A stretch of DNA of 64,000 nucleotides from a candidate division FCPU426 bacterium (GTDB taxonomy: Bacteria > Oederibacteriota > PGYV01 > Palsa-1178), in assembly GCA_963840035.1 (NCBI GenBank), contig CAWIXE010000001.1, positions 96,001 through 160,000 on the forward strand. The letters run 5' to 3'. The number at the start of each line of letters is the position of its first letter. Position 1 is the first letter of the stretch. Of this stretch, positions 1-7,512 are shown piece by piece. The notes under the pieces were generated by a model. It saw only the letters and a list, made by a program, of their open reading frames with translations. It was not told the origin of the DNA and did no database searches. A program made the translations under genes and the position numbers.

Positions 1-1261
1 ACCAGCGAAGTATCCGCGTTATCAAGGAGCAGCGCGGGATATTTTAATGAACCCGCGATGTCCGCCGTAATAAAACGGTCGCCCGTATTGCACGGCTCAG
101 AAACAGTCCACGTACCATTCTCCCCGTTAAACGGGTCGAACTTCCAGCCTGCCGGAGGGGAGGCTGAGTATACTCCGGGTGTGATATCATCAAAAGGCCT
201 GAACGCTTTCAGGACTCCGCCTTCCGCGAGGTAGTCCATGACATAAGTTACCACATCCCCTAAAGACCCGGACAACCGGCTTTGCGCCACATTTATGGTC
301 AGCGGAAATGCGTCAACCGAAGCAGGAAAATCCACGACAATATCGGAGAGTCCTGTCATCCTGCCGGTGGCCAGCGTGGAAAACGCCGTCCCCGCAGGGA
401 GCGGATTTACGAGTTTACACTTTACCCACACAGTGCCTGCCGCGTCCCCGGCCATTGATGTCCTGTCCGGAAATATCCAGGTAATGTTCCCGCTTGTTGA
501 CCCTATTGCCGGCGCAGCCGCCACAATTGAGCCTGTCGGGCCGTATGATTCAAGGCTTAAATTCCCGCCTCCCGGTATGGAACTGATTATTGTCAGAGGG
601 CCGTTTGCGTATCTATAATCATATGAAAAGACAATTGAATCATTTACCGTCTGTAGAATGCCCGCGGACACTCTCCCGTCGAACGAAAAACTTTTTGCCT
701 TAACAGGAGCAGCCAGGAAGTGCCGCTGTAAGTACAGTCAGCCGGCGGCACCCATTCGGTTTCGTTTAAATTAGAGTCCTTCATCACAACGTGCAGGTAA
801 AGCATGTTGTTTGAACATCCTGGAAAATTAAAGCCCCCCGGTATGTGTACCTGATAAACTTTCACAAAAGTTTTTCCGTCCCCGGTGCCGATGCATGTAT
901 CACAGTCAGCAATGCCGCCGCCCGGACTTGGATTTGCCATATAGCCGATTGCCCCTCCGCCGCCCGGCAGCGCTGCCGGCTGCATGGCCGCAATATCAAT
1001 GCCTTTGGCGCTTACCACAAAAACCTGCCCCGTGGCTGAAACAGCCGGATTTTGCCTTGCCGGATTGGTGCTTATGGCTATGGCAATCTGATGGCTGTTA
1101 AATAGCTGGCCGCAATATGACACAGTGATGTTAACAAGGTCCCCGAAGTCCGGGTTTGGCTGGTCCATTGTAACGCTTAATATCCTCGGATTTGCAAAAA
1201 GAGATGCCGCTGATAATAGCATAATCAGCGCAGCAACTAACGAGCTTTTTATTGTTTTCAT
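1..1261 (-). pseudogene. Large secreted protein interrupted by a -1 frameshift (N-terminal domain paralogous to 2418..4370, then DUF11-like Ig domains); runs off the window edge
   Basis: Signal peptide ORF 644..1261 ends in an unnatural tail. The -1 frame is open from ~737 to base 1 and reads APVKAKSFSFDGRVSAGILQTVNDSIVFSYDYRY...GNITWIFPD...GDVVTYVMDY. Could be a sequencing error. Confidence 0.75.
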
Positions 1262-1292
1262 TTTATTCTCCTTATATTATTCCCTCACTGCA

Positions 1293-1321
1293 TATGACAG
1301 AAAAAACCGCGTATTAGTTCC
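1293..1321 (-). promoter_or_regulatory. ECF sigma promoter GGAACT-N17-GTCATA
   Basis: Same motif and spacing as at 4404-4432 and 7074-7102, about 30 nt upstream of the start codon. Confidence 0.75.
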
Positions 1322-1327
1322 ATGTTT

Positions 1328-2230
1328 TTACAACTGCATATCCAGGGTTATCCTGTGCGCCGTTCCCAGGTTTCCAAAAGGCTGGTAAGCGTAGGAAAAC
1401 CTTATTTTATCGAGTAAAACGCCGATTCCCGTGCTTAAACCGCTCAAATCATGCCTGAAGCCGTATCCGGCCCTTGCCACAAATATGTCATATATCTGCG
1501 CCTCTGCCCCAAAATCCAGCGTAGGAACCTCGTCCTTTCCAAAGAGCCTGTTAACATCGACAGAAAAAAGCAGGGATGCAACCCCTAATACCTTGAATTT
1601 TGTGCTCAGTCCGGCTTTAATATTTGAAGGCAGAGGGTCGCTTATTTCCACATACGCGCTCTGAAACCCTATGTTCTGTATCACGGCCCCGGCCCTGGTG
1701 TCGGGATTACTGCCGAGTTCCACAAAAACACCCGCATCCGCGGCCACGCCCGCTTTCTGGTAAATGTAAAGCCTGCTGTAAAACCCTTTTATGCTTGCGC
1801 CCAGCGCCACTTTCGGCATGATATAAAAACCATATGACCCCGCTATTACAAGGTCGCAATTATCCACCCTGCCTGTTTCAACACCAAATTCATCAATATC
1901 GTTAAAATCCATTGTGCAGACAAACTGTATCGAAGCTGCCGCGGTTCCGGCACCCACAGGCATGGCCCCGCCAATGTACTCGCAGTTTGTATCGGCAAAC
2001 GAGGAAAAATGAGTGAGGGAAATTGAGGTTTTTGTCACCTGGACTAACCCGGCCGGGTTAAATATCATGGCTGAGAGGTCGTCGGCCACGCCGCAAAAAG
2101 CGCTGCCCATTCCCGATGTCCTCGCGGAAGGTTCCATTCGCAGAAAATCCGCGTCAACCCTTCCAGCCCCGCAAATGATTGAGGGGATAAGCAGAAGCAA
2201 AAGTATTTTAGACATTGTAAAGTAATTCAA
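1328..2230 (-). CDS. PorV/PorQ-like (UPF0164-type) outer-membrane beta-barrel
   Basis: Signal peptide; FLRMEPSARTSGMGSAF..ADDLSAMIFNPAGL; C-terminal RFSYAYQPFGNLGTAHRITL. Confidence 0.8.
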   Translation of the reverse strand: MNYFTMSKILLLLLIPSIICGAGRVDADFLRMEPSARTSGMGSAFCGVADDLSAMIFNPAGLVQVTKTSISLTHFSSFADTNCEYIGGAMPVGAGTAAASIQFVCTMDFNDIDEFGVETGRVDNCDLVIAGSYGFYIMPKVALGASIKGFYSRLYIYQKAGVAADAGVFVELGSNPDTRAGAVIQNIGFQSAYVEISDPLPSNIKAGLSTKFKVLGVASLLFSVDVNRLFGKDEVPTLDFGAEAQIYDIFVARAGYGFRHDLSGLSTGIGVLLDKIRFSYAYQPFGNLGTAHRITLDMQL

Positions 2231-2290
2231 CCCCGTTTCACCCGCTCCCGTGATAATCTGAACCCGGATCCCTGTTTCCTGATTTACTGT

Positions 2291-2318
2291 ATTATATAAT
2301 AGTTTATGGACATTACAA
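2291..2318 (-). promoter_or_regulatory. Possible sigma70 promoter TTGTAA-N16-TATAAT for the second PorV-like gene
   Basis: Perfect -10 box lying between a terminator and the CDS. Confidence 0.45.
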
Positions 2319-2340
2319 GCGGCTTATGCAAAAGTTAAAT

Positions 2341-2374
2341 AAAAAAGCGGGGGTTTTACCCCCGCCTTTTATTT
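2341..2374. terminator. Intrinsic terminator
   Basis: GCGGGGG-TTTTA-CCCCCGC hairpin flanked by A/T tracts, downstream of 2418..4370. Confidence 0.8.
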
Positions 2375-2417
2375 AACGCTGTCCGGTCCGCCGAAACCTT
2401 AATTTTTCAGGATTGCT

Positions 2418-4370
2418 TTATCTTATTACCGCCACTTTGATGGTTTTTTTCTTTCCGCAGGCGTCGATTACTATGTTATATATCCCCGAGACCACGTCTT
2501 TTTCATCGCTGTTTTTAGCGTACCAGGTGAAGTCGTGCAATCCCGCTTCCACGTCCCTGTCATTTATAACCTTGATTAATTTTCCGTTTTTGTTGAAGAC
2601 TTTTATCTGAACCTTGCATTTTTTCTCAACCCTGTACTTCACATGGCAGCCTTCACCCGGTTTGTCCACGACATTGTCGTCGATTTCATCTATAAAATCG
2701 TCATCGTTCATATCCGGCGTTGAAGTGGCTGTCACTGTCGGAGTGCCGAAATACGGTGTCAATGTCGGTGTGGCCGTATAGGTATTTGCCGGAATGTGCG
2801 GCGTAAGAGTCTCTGTGAATGTCTTTGTCACGGCCGGCGTGACAACGGTTACGGTTCGCGTAACGGTCTGCGTGGCAGTAACAGAAGATATGCACGCGCA
2901 TGTCGGCGTAAATGTAGACAATACCGGTGTCCTTGTCAATGTCTCTGTAAATGTCATTGTAGTTCCCGGCGTCACAGCGGTTATGGTCCGCGTAACGGTC
3001 TGCGTGGCTGTCTCCGTACATATCACCGGCGGCGCTACCGGGTTCGGGGTAAATATGACTGTATTATTTACCTCATCAGATTCCGCCACCTGTGAATCCT
3101 TATCAACTATGACCTGCGTTGACGTAAGCGGTGTATATTGGTTATAAAATACCACTGTCGTGCTTGCGCCGGCTCCAAGCCCTGCTACAACCACTGTATT
3201 GCCTTCCAAATCCACTACAAAAGATCCGGCTGCTGATGATCCGGTATTTTGCACAAAAACCCTCGCCACTGTCGGGTCAGTCACCAGGTTGCAGGCCGCG
3301 ATTGGCAGCCTTACATAGTCCATGCTGGTAGCCGCAAGCTCAGGCAGGCCGGGGTCAGGTGTGGAAGTGTATGTTACCGTCTCAGTAAATGTCGGAGTGA
3401 TTATTACAGCAGTTCTGGTAGGTGTGATGGTAGAAGACCCGGAGCATAACAAATTTGCGGACACAGTATTTGAAAATGTCTTCGCGTAGTACGAATCGGC
3501 TGCCGCCGCGCTTGTAACGCTCATTCCGCAGTTAATCACTTTTGCCACCCATGTAAGCGCGCCTGATGTATTGCTGACGGTCCCCAGATACCACTGCACA
3601 ATTCCGGGGCCAGCAATAGTCGCCGCGGGGCTTGATGTTACATATGTCATGTTAGCAGGCACTGTATCATATACGGATACTTCAAATACGTTGCCCACAG
3701 CCGTATAATTAATTACATACGCGATTTCGTCGTTTACCGCAAAATCCGTCCCGTTCTGGAGTTTTGTGATGGTAAAAGTATCCAGCACGGCTGTCATTGT
3801 GGCGGTGCAGGTAAAAGTAGGTGTGGCGGCAGGCGCGGTGGATGTCTGTGTCGCTGTCACAGTAAACGTAGGGGTTCCCGTTAAAGTCGGAAAAGGCGTA
3901 AGCAATATGATATTCAAAGGTATGGATGCCTGGCTTTGTACTGATGTGCAGCTGGTTAAAAACGAGCTGCCTCCAACCACCACATAATACTGTGTGTACG
4001 GTTCAATCGGCCCGGTCGGGACATTAATCACCCATTCCACTGTCTCGCAATGCGCTGACGCCTGTGAGTCTCCCATATCATAACCGCTGGAGAAACTTGT
4101 CTCCGGGGCTATATTTATACCCGATTCCGAAACCTTTATCAGCTGTCCTGAAGTATTGCACGGCTGAAATGTCGTAAATTTTGATATTGCGAGCGCAAGG
4201 TGGCTTGTATCAGAAGCGTCCGCACAGTAAGTGAAGTTCACGGTAATTGCCTGGCCCACGACCTGTGACGGCGAACTTATGGAATTAATTACAACCCCTG
4301 ATAATACCGCATGAGCCGCAGCTGAAAAAAGCATCAGGATTATGAGGACTGCTATTTTTTGTTTTTTCAT
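2418..4370 (-). CDS. Secreted modular protein: N-terminal Cys-containing domain, DUF11-like and CARDB-like Ig domains, Thr/Pro linkers, C-terminal FlgD-Ig/T9SS-like domain
   Basis: Signal peptide; VYDTVPANMTYVTSSP (DUF11-like); VQNTGSSAAGSF..VDKDSQVAESDEVNN (CARDB-like); KVFNKNGKLIK..FTW..VSGIYNIVI. Confidence 0.8.
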   Translation of the reverse strand: MKKQKIAVLIILMLFSAAAHAVLSGVVINSISSPSQVVGQAITVNFTYCADASDTSHLALAISKFTTFQPCNTSGQLIKVSESGINIAPETSFSSGYDMGDSQASAHCETVEWVINVPTGPIEPYTQYYVVVGGSSFLTSCTSVQSQASIPLNIILLTPFPTLTGTPTFTVTATQTSTAPAATPTFTCTATMTAVLDTFTITKLQNGTDFAVNDEIAYVINYTAVGNVFEVSVYDTVPANMTYVTSSPAATIAGPGIVQWYLGTVSNTSGALTWVAKVINCGMSVTSAAAADSYYAKTFSNTVSANLLCSGSSTITPTRTAVIITPTFTETVTYTSTPDPGLPELAATSMDYVRLPIAACNLVTDPTVARVFVQNTGSSAAGSFVVDLEGNTVVVAGLGAGASTTVVFYNQYTPLTSTQVIVDKDSQVAESDEVNNTVIFTPNPVAPPVICTETATQTVTRTITAVTPGTTMTFTETLTRTPVLSTFTPTCACISSVTATQTVTRTVTVVTPAVTKTFTETLTPHIPANTYTATPTLTPYFGTPTVTATSTPDMNDDDFIDEIDDNVVDKPGEGCHVKYRVEKKCKVQIKVFNKNGKLIKVINDRDVEAGLHDFTWYAKNSDEKDVVSGIYNIVIDACGKKKTIKVAVIR

Positions 4371-4403
4371 ATTATTCTCCTTGTTTTTTATCCCTTACAA
4401 AAC

Positions 4404-4432
4404 TATGACAGAAAACGCCTTAATAAAGTTCC
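4404..4432 (-). promoter_or_regulatory. ECF sigma promoter GGAACT-N17-GTCATA
   Basis: Identical -35/-10 boxes and spacing to 1293-1321. Confidence 0.75.
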
Positions 4433-4434
4433 AG

Positions 4435-5397
4435 TTATTTTTCTTCCTGCGGCTTTCCATCATATATCTCTATGTCCAGGCTAATCCTGTGCGCCGCTCC
4501 CAGCATCTCAAAAGGCTGGTAGGAGTAGGAAAACCTCACCTTTTCCATGTTCACTCCGATTCCCAGCGAAAGGTTGCCTGTGTCATGCCTGAAGCCATAA
4601 CCTGCCCTGATTGAAATCATCTGAAAAACATCCGCTTCCGCGCCGATATCCAGGGTGGGAAGCTCGTCTTTCATCACCAGCCTGTTCACGTCGACGCCGA
4701 GGGTAATAATGGCGGCGCTGCCCGCGTGTATCCTGGCGCCTATTCCCGCCTTTAAATTTATGGGCATGGGGTCTGCTATTGATATGTAAGCCCCCTGTAC
4801 TCCCGCGTTTTGAAGGACGAATCCCGCGTAAATGTCAGGGTTGCAGCCTAACTGCATGCGTCCGCCTATATCAAAGGCAAAACCCTGCTTTGAATACTTA
4901 TAAAGGACGCTCCTGAATAATTTCGCGTTTACGCCAAGGCTTATGTCCGGCGTAACAGGGTAAGCGTATGAAAATGTCCCGACTATGTCCATATTATCCA
5001 CGCTTCCGTTCTCCACGCCGTAGGAATCATATACGGGAAAATCAAATGTATAGTTGACAAGCAGCGAAGCGCCGAAGACGCCTTTAATGCCGTCAAAACC
5101 CATGGCGCCGCAGAGGTATTCGCTGTTGTTGTCGGCGAACGAGGAATAGTGCGTAAAAGAAACAACGGGTTTTTTTATTGATACAAGGCCGGCCGGATTA
5201 TAAAGGATCGCATTTATATCGTCGCTTATGCCCGCGAACACATTTGACATGGCCGCTGTTTTGGCGGGCGGTTCAAGGCGTAAAAAATCCGCGCCAACCC
5301 CTCCCGCGCCAAAAGCCGGCATCACAGTTAACACGATTAAACAGGCAGACAAAAAAAATGACCTGACCGCTTTTGTTCCCACAATGTGCCCCCACAT
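4435..5397 (-). CDS. PorV/PorQ-like outer-membrane beta-barrel, paralogue of 1328..2230 (start uncertain)
   Basis: ADFLRLEPPAKTAAMSNVF..DDINAILYNPAGL; RFSYSYQPFEMLGAAHRISL; colinear with its paralogue. Confidence 0.8.
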   Translation of the reverse strand: MWGHIVGTKAVRSFFLSACLIVLTVMPAFGAGGVGADFLRLEPPAKTAAMSNVFAGISDDINAILYNPAGLVSIKKPVVSFTHYSSFADNNSEYLCGAMGFDGIKGVFGASLLVNYTFDFPVYDSYGVENGSVDNMDIVGTFSYAYPVTPDISLGVNAKLFRSVLYKYSKQGFAFDIGGRMQLGCNPDIYAGFVLQNAGVQGAYISIADPMPINLKAGIGARIHAGSAAIITLGVDVNRLVMKDELPTLDIGAEADVFQMISIRAGYGFRHDTGNLSLGIGVNMEKVRFSYSYQPFEMLGAAHRISLDIEIYDGKPQEEK

Positions 5398-5533
5398 TAA
5401 AATAATCACAGATTCCAAATCACATATCCCAAAGGTGGTACGAATCACAAATCTCTGATTACAAGTCCCAAATTTAAACCAAACCCTTTTATATCTTCAG
5501 TCCTCTTTGGGATTTGGGATTTGGGATCTGTGA

Positions 5534-6475
5534 TTACTTTACTATCGCCGCTTTTATCTTCTGCTCTGTCAGTCCGGTCTTAATATAAATAATGTATTTA
5601 CCTGACGGAAGGTTCATGCCTGACGTGTTCCTGCCGTCCCATTTTTCCTCGTATATTCCCGTTGTTTTATCCGCGTTAACCATTTCATTAACCGGTTCGC
5701 CGCGGAAATTATATATTATGATTGTAACCTTTGCCGTTTCCAGAACTTCATATTTTATATGCATTGTCTCTCCCAGCGAAGGGTTAAAGACATTGTTGAG
5801 TATTATTACCGGTTTGTCCAGGCGCGGGGTCTGCGATTTTACAACCGCGGCGGCGATGACTTTGTTTTCCTTTTTTTCCTCCTGCGCCTGCGGTTTTACT
5901 TCAAAAACGGTAACAGGCTTTACCTCATGCGCCGGGCCTTTGCCTGGCCCGTCATACGCGGCCTGGTTCTCCTCCGGTTTTGACGCCACTTCCACAGCAG
6001 CCTGCGGCGCTTCCTGCGTGGCGTGTTTTACGGCCGCTCCGTCATTTTTTATCAGCTTAGGATAGGTGGCCTGCTTTGCCGGCGGTGCGTATGCCACAAT
6101 TGATTTTTCATTTTTATTTGACGCCATTGATCCATCTGTTTTTATTGTTATCTTACCCGCCATAAGCACCAGGAACATGAATGCGGCAAAAGCGCCTGCC
6201 GCGCTTAATACGGCGGCCGGGGTCAGCTTAAAAGAAAAAATCGTGTCCATTATTGAAGGCGGCTGTACGCCCGCTTTTTTCCATACTTTAGAGTTGAAAT
6301 CAGCTGGTATCTTTATCTCAGCCGGATTTTCCACAGCTGTTTTTATTATCTTATAGGCCATGTATTCGGCCGAGCATTTTTTACATCCGCGGGCATGCTC
6401 CAGGAATTCCGCTCCCGGCGCCGCCTTGCCTTCTTCAGCCTCTTTTAATGTTTTTTTAAACTCTGCGCACTTCAT
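5534..6475 (-). CDS. Zinc-binding anti-sigma factor with TM helix and C-terminal FlgD-Ig-like domain
   Basis: N-terminal C...HARGCKKC (HxxxCxxC ZAS motif); TM segment; NVFNPSLGE..IYNFRGEPV..WDGRNTSG..LPSGKYIIYI; overlaps the sigma stop codon. Confidence 0.8.
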   Translation of the reverse strand: MKCAEFKKTLKEAEEGKAAPGAEFLEHARGCKKCSAEYMAYKIIKTAVENPAEIKIPADFNSKVWKKAGVQPPSIMDTIFSFKLTPAAVLSAAGAFAAFMFLVLMAGKITIKTDGSMASNKNEKSIVAYAPPAKQATYPKLIKNDGAAVKHATQEAPQAAVEVASKPEENQAAYDGPGKGPAHEVKPVTVFEVKPQAQEEKKENKVIAAAVVKSQTPRLDKPVIILNNVFNPSLGETMHIKYEVLETAKVTIIIYNFRGEPVNEMVNADKTTGIYEEKWDGRNTSGMNLPSGKYIIYIKTGLTEQKIKAAIVK

Positions 6476-7056
6476 GATTTTTCACCCATCATTTTTATAA
6501 GTTTCTTTTTAAGGCTTTCCCTCGCGCGGGAAAGCTTTGACTTCACGCTTCCCAGAGGCATTTTAAGCACCGCGCTTATTTCCTCGTACTCGAGCCCCTG
6601 CATGTCCCGCAGTATTAATATGTTCCTTGAATCCTCGTCAAAACCTTCCATGGCCAGGTTTATCATCCTGCGGGACTCTTCCGCTTCCAGCTGGTCGTCC
6701 ACGCCGGATTTTTTATCCCTTATGTCTATTTCAATCTTTCCTGTTTCTTCGTCGCCGTGTATGGACTCGGTATCAAAGTAGTGGCGCCTGTTTAAGGCAT
6801 CCAGCCTGTTTATGCACATGTTCACAGCCACCCTGTAGAGCCATGTCGAGAACTTTGATTTGTGCTCAAAACTTTTAATGTTTGAGTAAGCCGCGCAGAA
6901 GACTTCCTGCGCCATATCCAGGGCCTCCTCGGAGTTGCGCATGTACTTTAAGCACAGCCCCGCGATTACCTGCCTGTATGCGGTGATGATCCTGTCAAAA
7001 GCCCCCCTGTCGCCTGCCTGGGCTTTACGGACGAGTTCCGCGTCAATTTCCTGCAT
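6472..7056 (-). CDS. ECF RNA polymerase sigma factor (RpoE/SigW-like)
   Basis: DMAQEVF, SKFSTWLYRVAVN, GLEYEEISAVLKMPLGSVKSKLSRAR. Confidence 0.95.
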   Translation of the reverse strand: MQEIDAELVRKAQAGDRGAFDRIITAYRQVIAGLCLKYMRNSEEALDMAQEVFCAAYSNIKSFEHKSKFSTWLYRVAVNMCINRLDALNRRHYFDTESIHGDEETGKIEIDIRDKKSGVDDQLEAEESRRMINLAMEGFDEDSRNILILRDMQGLEYEEISAVLKMPLGSVKSKLSRARESLKKKLIKMMGEKS

Positions 7057-7073
7057 CGTTCTCCCTCATAACA

Positions 7074-7102
7074 TTAGTCAGATTATGTTGCAAAAAAGTT
7101 CC
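7074..7102 (-). promoter_or_regulatory. Autoregulatory ECF promoter GGAACT-N17-GACTAA
   Basis: Directly upstream of the sigma gene; the spacer ends in TCT as in the other two copies. Confidence 0.7.
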
Positions 7103-7110
7103 AATAAAAA

Positions 7111-7216
7111 ATTGAAGATAGTGGATTTAAGATTGCGGATTAATAAAAGACCTAAAAATGCCTTTTTATCAGGTTTTGGTATATTAATCCGCAATCCCCA
7201 ATCAACAATCTTCAAT
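7111..7216. repeat. Inverted degenerate heptamer-repeat element
   Basis: ATTGAAGAT..ATTGCGGATTAATA pairs with TATTAATCCGCAAT..ATCTTCAAT. Confidence 0.7.
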
Positions 7217-7512
7217 GGTTTTCCCTAACCCTCAGTATTATATAAGGAAAGCCGCTTCTTTTCAAGAATAAACCGCTTTACCTTCCTTATATATACAGGA
7301 TGCCCTTTAAGGGTTATTTATATCTAATATCGCATATCCAATATTCCCCGTTTCGCTTGGCGGAACAAGGCATTAAAATTATCCTTTTAACCTGAATATG
7401 TTTATGTTAAGATATTGGAACTATTAGTCATAATTTGGATATCAATAGTGCTATTAGACGCGCTTATATCTAATATCTAACCGCGCATATCCGAAATACT
7501 ATCAGGAGGATT

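Noticed and set aside
7417..7445. GGAACT upstream of glgP as a fourth ECF promoter (also one at ~34160)
   Set aside because: No G(T/A)C -10 box at the 17-bp spacing
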